A DNA stretch of 64,000 bases from Mytilus trossulus (Eukaryota): contig NC_086378.1 of the NCBI RefSeq assembly GCF_036588685.1, positions 33,976,001-34,040,000 of the forward strand, in the 5' to 3' direction. Positions 16,604-35,836 of the stretch are shown here, piece after piece. The stretch's first letter is position 1; each line of letters starts with the position of its first letter. A program made the translations under genes and the position numbers. The notes under the pieces are model-generated. The model searched no databases. It worked only from the letters and a program-made list of their open reading frames with translations, and was not told where the DNA came from.

Positions 16604-17455
16604 ACAGCCACCCAGCTAATATCAACAACGGCCCTTTTCAGGGCCACCAACATTTTTCAAAAAGAATCTTAGATTTGTTGTACATCGTTTTAAACAAAAT
16701 CTTGAAATCAAAGCTTGCTCCCACTTCTATTCTTTTCTCTAATGTTCATGAATTTTTCAACCGTTTTTCTTGTTTTCCCTGATCCTGATCCGCAACTATT
16801 TTCTCTCTCTCGTTATACCCCCCCCCCCCCCCTTTTTTTTTTTAAATATCTGGCTTTCTTTTTAATTAACTTCCTTACTCTTACTCTTGTATTTATTTGA
16901 GAATTTATATTTCTGAAGGTTTATGAATACGTTCAAAGATCAAGTCCGTGCATTTGCCTACATGAAGAGAGAAAATTTCAAAACAAAATGCACGGACTTT
17001 TACACACAAAATCTGTAGATTCTGTTATATTCAATTATAGAGGTTTTTTTTGCGTGGTTTAAGATTAGGTAATGTTCTTGTTTCCGTGTAAAATAATTCT
17101 CGCAATATTTTTTTTCTCTCGAAAAGCAAAAGAAATCGTAAATTTATCAACTCTATTAATTGGAATGAAAGCACTGTTTTGTTCTTCATGATTTATGTAT
17201 TTACGCTTTGTAGTTTTGACAGACAAATTAAATGCTACAGAATGAGTGAAATACACGTATATTTGTTATACAGATAGAAAGAAGAGAAAAGTAACCATAT
17301 ACTATTGAAATAGTTTGAAAGTGGTTATAGCTGGGGTTGGGATTTATAGCTTTGTTTAGAAGTTTGACATTGATGTACAACAAATGTAAATTCTTTTTGA
17401 AAAATGTTGGTGGCCCTGAAAAGGGCCGTTTGTGAAGTTATAAACTTCAGACTGT

Positions 17456-17830
17456 TTACTTGCTGCTGGTGTATTTAGTGACGGCTTTGGTACCTTCACT
17501 GACAGCGTGCTTGGCCAATTCTCCGGGTAAGAGAAGACGGACAGCGGTCTGGATCTCCCGGGATGTGATGGTAGATCTTTTGTTGTAGTGTGCCAATCGG
17601 GAAGCCTCTGCTGCGATTCTCTCGAAGATATCGTTGACGAAGCTGTTCATGATGGACATTGCCTTTGAGGACACTCCGGTGTCGGGGTGAACTTGTCTCA
17701 AGACTTTGTAGATGTAGATAGCATAGGATTCACGTCTCTTCCTCCTCCTTTTCTTATCACCGCCGGGTCTGGCAGTCTTTGCCTTGGTGACGGCCTTCTT
17801 GGCTCCTTTAGTTCCTACTTTGGGTGGCAT
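17456..17830 (-). CDS. H2B: Histone H2B
   Basis: Identical translation. Confidence 0.99.
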   Translation of the reverse strand: MPPKVGTKGAKKAVTKAKTARPGGDKKRRRKRRESYAIYIYKVLRQVHPDTGVSSKAMSIMNSFVNDIFERIAAEASRLAHYNKRSTITSREIQTAVRLLLPGELAKHAVSEGTKAVTKYTSSK

Positions 17831-18100
17831 GTTACTGGTTTGATAATCAAATAAGTAATGGTGAAAAATTATTTTCAATTTGTTTATATACTGGGCAAAA
17901 CGGATTGAAAGATTTTATTAAACGCGAACCTCGGAGAGAGCACCCATAACATGTTGAATGTTCGGTAGCCTAACTGCTCGCAGAGAGCTTCGTTCTGATT
18001 GGTGTATAATAAAAACATCGTTCAATCCGTTTAGTGGGTATATAAGCTAAATTTTGAAGAAAAATTGTATCACTTTACTCAGTGTCGATCAACCAAATAG

Positions 18101-18484
<384 letters not shown>

Positions 18485-19665
18485 AAAGTGGATATATCGG
18501 ATTACTCACTTAACAACGGCCCTTTTCAGGGCCACCAATATTTTTCAAAAAGAGTCTAAAATTGTTGTACATCTTAGTAATACTTTATTCCCCATACATA
18601 ATTGAAAAAAATATATTCTACTACATAACAAATAAAAAATGTCTAAAATATAAATGTCCCTTCTTCCGTGATTCTTCTTTTCTTCTCTCTCTAACGCATC
18701 CCATTTAAGTACAGTTCTTATAGCATAACACTAAGTCTAGTAACTTTTTCAGTCTTCTTCATCAGAACATTTATTGTCGTACTTTCTGACTCTTTGAACC
18801 CACAAGTAGCTCAGTTAAATCATATAATGTTTGTCGGGGGGAAAAAAAACCACTGATAGTATTTATATTTAATACTAGTCTGCTCTCTTCTTTCTCTCTC
18901 TTGGTTATTGATGCGAGCATGCTTAGATTCATCTGAGAAGGTGTGTGGTTTTTTTTTATTATTATAATTATTTATAGTTTTTGTTAACATTATCTCTTTC
19001 GTCAACACTTTTATATATGATATGTACTTTCCATTCTTTTCCTTTTTCCATTTTTTTCAGCATCTCTCTCTCTGTCTTTCTGTCTTTATTTAGTTATTGT
19101 TTGTGTATTAAAGATGTGGAATTGATGTAAGCACACCGACAATCAGACAATGTGACAAATGTGCCCAGCCCAAATGAAAATCATACCACATCTTCTTTTT
19201 TTATATTAAATATACATAAATATGACATAATACAACAATAAAGAAACTCAGCCGATCCGCACAATGTCATGTCGGGAATGTGTAATTCCATTTGTTTCTG
19301 TTTTTTTATTTTTATTTCGCTTTGTTTGTGTTATAACTGCATTTTATTTTTATTTTTTCCTGTTTTTATTTTTCGTTCCTTTCCTTAATGTTTCTGCATG
19401 TATTTTGACCTTTTTTCATTATTATTATTTTTCTTCTTCAGATTTATCATATTGAAACCGTGACACTAATTTACTATTGTTGAGCTATGAGGGATGATCA
19501 GAAACTGTAATTATGAATGAAAAAAGGGGGCATTTTTACTGTCAGCTTGGGTTGAGCAGTTTTTCAGTAAAAAATGGATTGAAAACTGTCAAAGTCCCTT
19601 ACAAATCAGTCCAATCAGATTTAAGATATGCGGACCAATCAACGCCAGCTTTATGTAAGTGGTGA

Positions 19666-20181
<516 letters not shown>

Positions 20182-21898
20182 GAAGTGTGATTTTTTCACC
20201 AAAACATAACGGCCCTTTTCAGGGCCACCAATATTTTTCAAAAAGAATCTATAAATTGTTGTACATGAAAATTAGAAACATAGCCGAACCCCTCTTTTCC
20301 CCATCTCTCTCTCTCTCTTTTATTTCTTCTTGTTGAATCCATCTATATGCAAAGCAATACATAGACAAAAAATAAATTTTATGATATATATATACACACA
20401 AGTCTCATCACAAAAAAAAGGGGGGTGTTTGTTTATCATGGTACATGTATGTCCTTGTGTGTAGAATATTAAATAGTACATTATATAAAAAAAGATCAAC
20501 ATATAAATGTTTCTATCTGTACTTCTGTTCTTTTCTTTTCTTCGCTTGTTTTGTCTTGTCTTCTTTTGATGTATTATTTACACCAGTAGTCTAGACCAAA
20601 GAAAGAGAACCACCAACTGGCCAAAATATAACCTTTTTTTTTAAGTTAGAGTTTAAATATCTTGTATAATTCATTAATTTGAATATTTCTTTTAGAAAAG
20701 CTGATATTACAGGGTACTTTTATCAAAAATTTAGAGCTCTTTTTCAGTCAGAATTGTAAAGAATTTTTTTATCATGTATGTAGTAATATATTTTGTCCAC
20801 TTTAGAGTCTTGTCTTGCTGCTAGTTAACAAAATCATGAAATTTCTATTTAAATTAATATAATTTCGGTACGGGTCCAAGTAGTCCCCACAAAATTTCAA
20901 TGTAGGAAGTCCATGTAAGCATATATCTTGCACTTATAAGCTTTTTTATATGATAAAAAGTGGTTTTCAGACTTATTATAAACTTTTCTGGCTAAAAGAA
21001 GTCTTCAGAATAGTAAGTACATGTGTGCGCATTAACATTTTTATTGGATTGGCTGATGAAATTGTCATCGTCATACTGTGGATAAATATAGAATGGCGTT
21101 TAAAAATAAAATTGAAAGGAAGATGCACACATAAGAAGTTTTACCCGCAGTCAGGGGCATCTCTTTTCTTCACTGTAATACCTAGAAAAAAAAATCTTTA
21201 ATAGTAATAACAGTAACAGTTTTATTCATACATTCTCCCATTTATGATCTGAAGTACCTGCAGCAGATCGTTGATGGATGGCAAGCACAGCTTTGACAGA
21301 TGATGTTGAGTTATGAAAGACAGGTAGAAAACTGCAAGCATGTAAAATCCTGTGATGTATCCAATTTCTGGATACATCAAATAGACAAATAGATAACCAG
21401 TATTCCTAGATATGTCTGTGAGGTTTATTTTTTCCCCAACTAAATTCCATTCCATTAAGTTGAAATGTGTATTGTCATTGAATGAAAATGTCTGTTCAGA
21501 GAAAGCAAATAATTATCTTTATAATTTTGACTGTCTAAAGTGATTTTCATTTATCATTTATTTATCATACTATTCTATCTTAAAATGAAAACTTTTCAAC
21601 ATTTTGGAACTTTTTTTGTCTCCTTCAGTCATTTTTATTCCGATTGAAATAATAGTTTTTTCTTAAAAATTTACTGTCTGATATGAATTATTATATTTTT
21701 CAGACCTAGAATGAAAAAGTGGATTGAAAGTGTACACAGTTTAAGGCAGTACAGAGTTACCTCCCGGAATAAAACAACGTAAGCCAATCAGACAACAGTT
21801 AACTGAAAATGTGTGATACTTCTTTTACGGCCGCGTTGGTGATATATAAAGAGTCGCTGTTAGACGGAAAGTATTATTTAACTAATCACCACAAATAG

Positions 21899-22184
<286 letters not shown>

Positions 22185-22284
22185 NNNNNNNNNNNNNNNN
22201 NNNNNNNNNNNNNNNNNNNNNNNNNNNNNNNNNNNNNNNNNNNNNNNNNNNNNNNNNNNNNNNNNNNNNNNNNNNNNNNNNNNN
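22185..22284. other. Assembly gap (100 N)
   Basis: Exactly 100 Ns, a typical unknown-size scaffold placeholder. Confidence 0.99.
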
Positions 22285-22414
22285 ATATTTTTTTCAATTA
22301 TGTATGGGGAATAAAGTATTACTAAGATGTACAACAATTTTAGACTCTTTTTGAAAAATATTGGTGGCCCTGAAAAGGGCCGTTGTTAAGTGAGTAATCC
22401 GATATATCCACTTT

Positions 22415-22798
<384 letters not shown>

Positions 22799-23068
22799 CT
22801 ATTTGGTTGATCGACACTGAGTAAAGTGATACAATTTTTCTTCAAAATTTAGCTTATATACCCACTAAACGGATTGAACGATGTTTTTATTATACACCAA
22901 TCAGAACGAAGCTCTCTGCGAGCAGTTAGGCTACCGAACATTCAACATGTTATGGGTGCTCTCTCCGAGGTTCGCGTTTAATAAAATCTTTCAATCCGTT
23001 TTGCCCAGTATATAAACAAATTGAAAATAATTTTTCACCATTACTTATTTGATTATCAAACCAGTAAC

Positions 23069-23443
23069 ATGCCACCCAAAGTAGGAACTAAAGGAGCCAA
23101 GAAGGCCGTCACCAAGGCAAAGACTGCCAGACCCGGCGGTGATAAGAAAAGGAGGAGGAAGAGACGTGAATCCTATGCTATCTACATCTACAAAGTCTTG
23201 AGACAAGTTCACCCCGACACCGGAGTGTCCTCAAAGGCAATGTCCATCATGAACAGCTTCGTCAACGATATCTTCGAGAGAATCGCAGCAGAGGCTTCCC
23301 GATTGGCACACTACAACAAAAGATCTACCATCACATCCCGGGAGATCCAGACCGCTGTCCGTCTTCTCTTACCCGGAGAATTGGCCAAGCACGCTGTCAG
23401 TGAAGGTACCAAAGCCGTCACTAAATACACCAGCAGCAAGTAA
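23069..23443 (+). CDS. H2B: Histone H2B
   Basis: Identical translation. Confidence 0.99.
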   Translation: MPPKVGTKGAKKAVTKAKTARPGGDKKRRRKRRESYAIYIYKVLRQVHPDTGVSSKAMSIMNSFVNDIFERIAAEASRLAHYNKRSTITSREIQTAVRLLLPGELAKHAVSEGTKAVTKYTSSK

Positions 23444-24295
23444 ACAGTCTGAAGTTTATAACTTCACAAACGGCCCTTTTCAGGGCCACCAACATTTTTC
23501 AAAAAGAATTTACATTTGTTGTACATCAATGTCAAACTTCTAAACAAAGCTATAAATCCCAACCCCAGCTATAACCACTTTCAAACTATTTCAATAGTAT
23601 ATGGTTACTTTTCTCTTCTTTCTATCTGTATAACAAATATACGTGTATTTCACTCATTCTGTAGCATTTAATTTGTCTGTCAAAACTACAAAGCGTAAAT
23701 ACATAAATCATGAAGAACAAAACAGTGCTTTCATTCCAATTAATAGAGTTGATAAATTTACGATTTCTTTTGCTTTTCGAGAGAAAAAAAATATTGCGAG
23801 AATTATTTTACACGGAAACAAGAACATTACCTAATCTTAAACCACGCAAAAAAAACCTCTATAATTGAATATAACAGAATCTACAGATTTTGTGTGTAAA
23901 AGTCCGTGCATTTTGTTTTGAAATTTTCTCTCTTCATGTAGGCAAATGCACGGACTTGATCTTTGAACGTATTCATAAACCTTCAGAAATATAAATTCTC
24001 AAATAAATACAAGAGTAAGAGTAAGGAAGTTAATTAAAAAGAAAGCCAGATATTTAAAAAAAAAAAGGGGGGGGGGGGGGGTATAACGAGAGAGAGAAAA
24101 TAGTTGCGGATCAGGATCAGGGAAAACAAGAAAAACGGTTGAAAAATTCATGAACATTAGAGAAAAGAATAGAAGTGGGAGCAAGCTTTGATTTCAAGAT
24201 TTTGTTTAAAACGATGTACAACAAATCTAAGATTCTTTTTGAAAAATGTTGGTGGCCCTGAAAAGGGCCGTTGTTGATATTAGCTGGGTGGCTGT

Positions 24296-24613
<318 letters not shown>

Positions 24614-26330
24614 CTATTTGTGGTGATTAGTTAAATAATACTTTCCGTCTAACAGCGACTCTTTATATATCACCAACGCGGCCGTAAAAGAAGTATCACA
24701 CATTTTCAGTTAACTGTTGTCTGATTGGCTTACGTTGTTTTATTCCGGGAGGTAACTCTGTACTGCCTTAAACTGTGTACACTTTCAATCCACTTTTTCA
24801 TTCTAGGTCTGAAAAATATAATAATTCATATCAGACAGTAAATTTTTAAGAAAAAACTATTATTTCAATCGGAATAAAAATGACTGAAGGAGACAAAAAA
24901 AGTTCCAAAATGTTGAAAAGTTTTCATTTTAAGATAGAATAGTATGATAAATAAATGATAAATGAAAATCACTTTAGACAGTCAAAATTATAAAGATAAT
25001 TATTTGCTTTCTCTGAACAGACATTTTCATTCAATGACAATACACATTTCAACTTAATGGAATGGAATTTAGTTGGGGAAAAAATAAACCTCACAGACAT
25101 ATCTAGGAATACTGGTTATCTATTTGTCTATTTGATGTATCCAGAAATTGGATACATCACAGGATTTTACATGCTTGCAGTTTTCTACCTGTCTTTCATA
25201 ACTCAACATCATCTGTCAAAGCTGTGCTTGCCATCCATCAACGATCTGCTGCAGGTACTTCAGATCATAAATGGGAGAATGTATGAATAAAACTGTTACT
25301 GTTATTACTATTAAAGATTTTTTTTTCTAGGTATTACAGTGAAGAAAAGAGATGCCCCTGACTGCGGGTAAAACTTCTTATGTGTGCATCTTCCTTTCAA
25401 TTTTATTTTTAAACGCCATTCTATATTTATCCACAGTATGACGATGACAATTTCATCAGCCAATCCAATAAAAATGTTAATGCGCACACATGTACTTACT
25501 ATTCTGAAGACTTCTTTTAGCCAGAAAAGTTTATAATAAGTCTGAAAACCACTTTTTATCATATAAAAAAGCTTATAAGTGCAAGATATATGCTTACATG
25601 GACTTCCTACATTGAAATTTTGTGGGGACTACTTGGACCCGTACCGAAATTATATTAATTTAAATAGAAATTTCATGATTTTGTTAACTAGCAGCAAGAC
25701 AAGACTCTAAAGTGGACAAAATATATTACTACATACATGATAAAAAAATTCTTTACAATTCTGACTGAAAAAGAGCTCTAAATTTTTGATAAAAGTACCC
25801 TGTAATATCAGCTTTTCTAAAAGAAATATTCAAATTAATGAATTATACAAGATATTTAAACTCTAACTTAAAAAAAAAGGTTATATTTTGGCCAGTTGGT
25901 GGTTCTCTTTCTTTGGTCTAGACTACTGGTGTAAATAATACATCAAAAGAAGACAAGACAAAACAAGCGAAGAAAAGAAAAGAACAGAAGTACAGATAGA
26001 AACATTTATATGTTGATCTTTTTTTATATAATGTACTATTTAATATTCTACACACAAGGACATACATGTACCATGATAAACAAACACCCCCCTTTTTTTT
26101 GTGATGAGACTTGTGTGTATATATATATCATAAAATTTATTTTTTGTCTATGTATTGCTTTGCATATAGATGGATTCAACAAGAAGAAATAAAAGAGAGA
26201 GAGAGAGATGGGGAAAAGAGGGGTTCGGCTATGTTTCTAATTTTCATGTACAACAATTTATAGATTCTTTTTGAAAAATATTGGTGGCCCTGAAAAGGGC
26301 CGTTATGTTTTGGTGAAAAAATCACACTTC

Positions 26331-26828
<498 letters not shown>

Positions 26829-28026
26829 TCACGGTGACGATTGGATCACCACTTACATAAAGCTGGCGTTGATTGGTCCGCATATCTTAAATCTGATTGG
26901 ACTGATTTGTAAGGGACTTTGACAGTTTTCAATCCATTTTTTACTGAAAAACTGCTCAACCCAAGCTGACAGTAAAAATGCCCCCTTTTTTCATTCATAA
27001 TTACAGTTTCTGATCATCCCTCATAGCTCAACAATAGTAAATTAGTGTCACGGTTTCAATATGATAAATCTGAAGAAGAAAAATAATAATAATGAAAAAA
27101 GGTCAAAATACATGCAGAAACATTAAGGAAAGGAACGAAAAATAAAAACAGGAAAAAATAAAAATAAAATGCAGTTATAACACAAACAAAGCGAAATAAA
27201 AATAAAAAAACAGAAACAAATGGAATTACACATTCCCGACATGACATTGTGCGGATCGGCTGAGTTTCTTTATTGTTGTATTATGTCATATTTATGTATA
27301 TTTAATATAAAAAAAGAAGATGTGGTATGATTTTCATTTGGGCTGGGCACATTTGTCACATTGTCTGATTGTCGGTGTGCTTACATCAATTCCACATCTT
27401 TAATACACAAACAATAACTAAATAAAGACAGAAAGACAGAGAGAGAGATGCTGAAAAAAATGGAAAAAGGAAAAGAATGGAAAGTACATATCATATATAA
27501 AAGTGTTGACGAAAGAGATAATGTTAACAAAAACTATAAATAATTATAATAATAAAAAAAAACCACACACCTTCTCAGATGAATCTAAGCATGCTCGCAT
27601 CAATAACCAAGAGAGAGAAAGAAGAGAGCAGACTAGTATTAAATATAAATACTATCAGTGGTTTTTTTTCCCCCCGACAAACATTATATGATTTAACTGA
27701 GCTACTTGTGGGTTCAAAGAGTCAGAAAGTACGACAATAAATGTTCTGATGAAGAAGACTGAAAAAGTTACTAGACTTAGTGTTATGCTATAAGAACTGT
27801 ACTTAAATGGGATGCGTTAGAGAGAGAAGAAAAGAAGAATCACGGAAGAAGGGACATTTATATTTTAGACATTTTTTATTTGTTATGTAGTAGAATATAT
27901 TTTTTTCAATTATGTATGGGGAATAAAGTATTACTAAGATGTACAACAATTTTAGACTCTTTTTGAAAAATATTGGTGGCCCTGAAAAGGGCCGTTGTTA
28001 AGTGAGTAATCCGATATATCCACTTT

Positions 28027-28410
<384 letters not shown>

Positions 28411-28680
28411 CTATTTGGTTGATCGACACTGAGTAAAGTGATACAATTTTTCTTCAAAATTTAGCTTATATACCCACTAAACGGATTGAACGATGTTTTT
28501 ATTATACACCAATCAGAACGAAGCTCTCTGCGAGCAGTTAGGCTACCGAACATTCAACATGTTATGGGTGCTCTCTCCGAGGTTCGCGTTTAATAAAATC
28601 TTTCAATCCGTTTTGCCCAGTATATAAACAAATTGAAAATAATTTTTCACCATTACTTATTTGATTATCAAACCAGTAAC

Positions 28681-29055
28681 ATGCCACCCAAAGTAGGAAC
28701 TAAAGGAGCCAAGAAGGCCGTCACCAAGGCAAAGACTGCCAGACCCGGCGGTGATAAGAAAAGGAGGAGGAAGAGACGTGAATCCTATGCTATCTACATC
28801 TACAAAGTCTTGAGACAAGTTCACCCCGACACCGGAGTGTCCTCAAAGGCAATGTCCATCATGAACAGCTTCGTCAACGATATCTTCGAGAGAATCGCAG
28901 CAGAGGCTTCCCGATTGGCACACTACAACAAAAGATCTACCATCACATCCCGGGAGATCCAGACCGCTGTCCGTCTTCTCTTACCCGGAGAATTGGCCAA
29001 GCACGCTGTCAGTGAAGGTACCAAAGCCGTCACTAAATACACCAGCAGCAAGTAA
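28681..29055 (+). CDS. H2B: Histone H2B
   Basis: Identical translation. Confidence 0.99.
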   Translation: MPPKVGTKGAKKAVTKAKTARPGGDKKRRRKRRESYAIYIYKVLRQVHPDTGVSSKAMSIMNSFVNDIFERIAAEASRLAHYNKRSTITSREIQTAVRLLLPGELAKHAVSEGTKAVTKYTSSK

Positions 29056-29907
29056 ACAGTCTGAAGTTTATAACTTCACAAACGGCCCTTTTCAGGGCCA
29101 CCAACATTTTTCAAAAAGAATTTACATTTGTTGTACATCAATGTCAAACTTCTAAACAAAGCTATAAATCCCAACCCCAGCTATAACCACTTTCAAACTA
29201 TTTCAATAGTATATGGTTACTTTTCTCTTCTTTCTATCTGTATAACAAATATACGTGTATTTCACTCATTCTGTAGCATTTAATTTGTCTGTCAAAACTA
29301 CAAAGCGTAAATACATAAATCATGAAGAACAAAACAGTGCTTTCATTCCAATTAATAGAGTTGATAAATTTACGATTTCTTTTGCTTTTCGAGAGAAAAA
29401 AAATATTGCGAGAATTATTTTACACGGAAACAAGAACATTACCTAATCTTAAACCACGCAAAAAAAACCTCTATAATTGAATATAACAGAATCTACAGAT
29501 TTTGTGTGTAAAAGTCCGTGCATTTTGTTTTGAAATTTTCTCTCTTCATGTAGGCAAATGCACGGACTTGATCTTTGAACGTATTCATAAACCTTCAGAA
29601 ATATAAATTCTCAAATAAATACAAGAGTAAGAGTAAGGAAGTTAATTAAAAAGAAAGCCAGATATTTAAAAAAAAAAAGGGGGGGGGGGGGGGTATAACG
29701 AGAGAGAGAAAATAGTTGCGGATCAGGATCAGGGAAAACAAGAAAAACGGTTGAAAAATTCATGAACATTAGAGAAAAGAATAGAAGTGGGAGCAAGCTT
29801 TGATTTCAAGATTTTGTTTAAAACGATGTACAACAAATCTAAGATTCTTTTTGAAAAATGTTGGTGGCCCTGAAAAGGGCCGTTGTTGATATTAGCTGGG
29901 TGGCTGT

Positions 29908-30225
<318 letters not shown>

Positions 30226-31942
30226 CTATTTGTGGTGATTAGTTAAATAATACTTTCCGTCTAACAGCGACTCTTTATATATCACCAACGCGGCCGTAAA
30301 AGAAGTATCACACATTTTCAGTTAACTGTTGTCTGATTGGCTTACGTTGTTTTATTCCGGGAGGTAACTCTGTACTGCCTTAAACTGTGTACACTTTCAA
30401 TCCACTTTTTCATTCTAGGTCTGAAAAATATAATAATTCATATCAGACAGTAAATTTTTAAGAAAAAACTATTATTTCAATCGGAATAAAAATGACTGAA
30501 GGAGACAAAAAAAGTTCCAAAATGTTGAAAAGTTTTCATTTTAAGATAGAATAGTATGATAAATAAATGATAAATGAAAATCACTTTAGACAGTCAAAAT
30601 TATAAAGATAATTATTTGCTTTCTCTGAACAGACATTTTCATTCAATGACAATACACATTTCAACTTAATGGAATGGAATTTAGTTGGGGAAAAAATAAA
30701 CCTCACAGACATATCTAGGAATACTGGTTATCTATTTGTCTATTTGATGTATCCAGAAATTGGATACATCACAGGATTTTACATGCTTGCAGTTTTCTAC
30801 CTGTCTTTCATAACTCAACATCATCTGTCAAAGCTGTGCTTGCCATCCATCAACGATCTGCTGCAGGTACTTCAGATCATAAATGGGAGAATGTATGAAT
30901 AAAACTGTTACTGTTATTACTATTAAAGATTTTTTTTTCTAGGTATTACAGTGAAGAAAAGAGATGCCCCTGACTGCGGGTAAAACTTCTTATGTGTGCA
31001 TCTTCCTTTCAATTTTATTTTTAAACGCCATTCTATATTTATCCACAGTATGACGATGACAATTTCATCAGCCAATCCAATAAAAATGTTAATGCGCACA
31101 CATGTACTTACTATTCTGAAGACTTCTTTTAGCCAGAAAAGTTTATAATAAGTCTGAAAACCACTTTTTATCATATAAAAAAGCTTATAAGTGCAAGATA
31201 TATGCTTACATGGACTTCCTACATTGAAATTTTGTGGGGACTACTTGGACCCGTACCGAAATTATATTAATTTAAATAGAAATTTCATGATTTTGTTAAC
31301 TAGCAGCAAGACAAGACTCTAAAGTGGACAAAATATATTACTACATACATGATAAAAAAATTCTTTACAATTCTGACTGAAAAAGAGCTCTAAATTTTTG
31401 ATAAAAGTACCCTGTAATATCAGCTTTTCTAAAAGAAATATTCAAATTAATGAATTATACAAGATATTTAAACTCTAACTTAAAAAAAAAGGTTATATTT
31501 TGGCCAGTTGGTGGTTCTCTTTCTTTGGTCTAGACTACTGGTGTAAATAATACATCAAAAGAAGACAAGACAAAACAAGCGAAGAAAAGAAAAGAACAGA
31601 AGTACAGATAGAAACATTTATATGTTGATCTTTTTTTATATAATGTACTATTTAATATTCTACACACAAGGACATACATGTACCATGATAAACAAACACC
31701 CCCCTTTTTTTTGTGATGAGACTTGTGTGTATATATATATCATAAAATTTATTTTTTGTCTATGTATTGCTTTGCATATAGATGGATTCAACAAGAAGAA
31801 ATAAAAGAGAGAGAGAGAGATGGGGAAAAGAGGGGTTCGGCTATGTTTCTAATTTTCATGTACAACAATTTATAGATTCTTTTTGAAAAATATTGGTGGC
31901 CCTGAAAAGGGCCGTTATGTTTTGGTGAAAAAATCACACTTC

Positions 31943-32458
<516 letters not shown>

Positions 32459-33637
32459 TCACCACTTACATAAAGCTGGCGTTGATTGGTCCGCATATCT
32501 TAAATCTGATTGGACTGATTTGTAAGGGACTTTGACAGTTTTCAATCCATTTTTTACTGAAAAACTGCTCAACCCAAGCTGACAGTAAAAATGCCCCCTT
32601 TTTTCATTCATAATTACAGTTTCTGATCATCCCTCATAGCTCAACAATAGTAAATTAGTGTCACGGTTTCAATATGATAAATCTGAAGAAGAAAAATAAT
32701 AATAATGAAAAAAGGTCAAAATACATGCAGAAACATTAAGGAAAGGAACGAAAAATAAAAACAGGAAAAAATAAAAATAAAATGCAGTTATAACACAAAC
32801 AAAGCGAAATAAAAATAAAAAAACAGAAACAAATGGAATTACACATTCCCGACATGACATTGTGCGGATCGGCTGAGTTTCTTTATTGTTGTATTATGTC
32901 ATATTTATGTATATTTAATATAAAAAAAGAAGATGTGGTATGATTTTCATTTGGGCTGGGCACATTTGTCACATTGTCTGATTGTCGGTGTGCTTACATC
33001 AATTCCACATCTTTAATACACAAACAATAACTAAATAAAGACAGAAAGACAGAGAGAGAGATGCTGAAAAAAATGGAAAAAGGAAAAGAATGGAAAGTAC
33101 ATATCATATATAAAAGTGTTGACGAAAGAGATAATGTTAACAAAAACTATAAATAATTATAATAATAAAAAAAAACCACACACCTTCTCAGATGAATCTA
33201 AGCATGCTCGCATCAATAACCAAGAGAGAAAGAAGAGAGCAGACTAGTATTAAATATAAATACTATCAGTGGTTTTTTTTCCCCCCGACAAACATTATAT
33301 GATTTAACTGAGCTACTTGTGGGTTCAAAGAGTCAGAAAGTACGACAATAAATGTTCTGATGAAGAAGACTGAAAAAGTTACTAGACTTAGTGTTATGCT
33401 ATAAGAACTGTACTTAAATGGGATGCGTTAGAGAGAGAAGAAAAGAAGAATCACGGAAGAAGGGACATTTATATTTTAGACATTTTTTATTTGTTATGTA
33501 GTAGAATATATTTTTTTCAATTATGTATGGGGAATAAAGTATTACTAAGATGTACAACAATTTTAGACTCTTTTTGAAAAATATTGGTGGCCCTGAAAAG
33601 GGCCGTTGTTAAGTGAGTAATCCGATATATCCACTTT

Positions 33638-34021
<384 letters not shown>

Positions 34022-34291
34022 CTATTTGGTTGATCGACACTGAGTAAAGTGATACAATTTTTCTTCAAAATTTAGCTTATATACCCACTAAACGGATTGA
34101 ACGATGTTTTTATTATACACCAATCAGAACGAAGCTCTCTGCGAGCAGTTAGGCTACCGAACATTCAACATGTTATGGGTGCTCTCTCCGAGGTTCGCGT
34201 TTAATAAAATCTTTCAATCCGTTTTGCCCAGTATATAAACAAATTGAAAATAATTTTTCACCATTACTTATTTGATTATCAAACCAGTAAC

Positions 34292-34666
34292 ATGCCACCC
34301 AAAGTAGGAACTAAAGGAGCCAAGAAGGCCGTCACCAAGGCAAAGACTGCCAGACCCGGCGGTGATAAGAAAAGGAGGAGGAAGAGACGTGAATCCTATG
34401 CTATCTACATCTACAAAGTCTTGAGACAAGTTCACCCCGACACCGGAGTGTCCTCAAAGGCAATGTCCATCATGAACAGCTTCGTCAACGATATCTTCGA
34501 GAGAATCGCAGCAGAGGCTTCCCGATTGGCACACTACAACAAAAGATCTACCATCACATCCCGGGAGATCCAGACCGCTGTCCGTCTTCTCTTACCCGGA
34601 GAATTGGCCAAGCACGCTGTCAGTGAAGGTACCAAAGCCGTCACTAAATACACCAGCAGCAAGTAA
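34292..34666 (+). CDS. H2B: Histone H2B
   Basis: Identical translation. Confidence 0.99.
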   Translation: MPPKVGTKGAKKAVTKAKTARPGGDKKRRRKRRESYAIYIYKVLRQVHPDTGVSSKAMSIMNSFVNDIFERIAAEASRLAHYNKRSTITSREIQTAVRLLLPGELAKHAVSEGTKAVTKYTSSK

Positions 34667-35518
34667 ACAGTCTGAAGTTTATAACTTCACAAACGGCCCT
34701 TTTCAGGGCCACCAACATTTTTCAAAAAGAATTTACATTTGTTGTACATCAATGTCAAACTTCTAAACAAAGCTATAAATCCCAACCCCAGCTATAACCA
34801 CTTTCAAACTATTTCAATAGTATATGGTTACTTTTCTCTTCTTTCTATCTGTATAACAAATATACGTGTATTTCACTCATTCTGTAGCATTTAATTTGTC
34901 TGTCAAAACTACAAAGCGTAAATACATAAATCATGAAGAACAAAACAGTGCTTTCATTCCAATTAATAGAGTTGATAAATTTACGATTTCTTTTGCTTTT
35001 CGAGAGAAAAAAAATATTGCGAGAATTATTTTACACGGAAACAAGAACATTACCTAATCTTAAACCACGCAAAAAAAACCTCTATAATTGAATATAACAG
35101 AATCTACAGATTTTGTGTGTAAAAGTCCGTGCATTTTGTTTTGAAATTTTCTCTCTTCATGTAGGCAAATGCACGGACTTGATCTTTGAACGTATTCATA
35201 AACCTTCAGAAATATAAATTCTCAAATAAATACAAGAGTAAGAGTAAGGAAGTTAATTAAAAAGAAAGCCAGATATTTAAAAAAAAAAAGGGGGGGGGGG
35301 GGGGTATAACGAGAGAGAGAAAATAGTTGCGGATCAGGATCAGGGAAAACAAGAAAAACGGTTGAAAAATTCATGAACATTAGAGAAAAGAATAGAAGTG
35401 GGAGCAAGCTTTGATTTCAAGATTTTGTTTAAAACGATGTACAACAAATCTAAGATTCTTTTTGAAAAATGTTGGTGGCCCTGAAAAGGGCCGTTGTTGA
35501 TATTAGCTGGGTGGCTGT

Positions 35519-35836
<318 letters not shown>

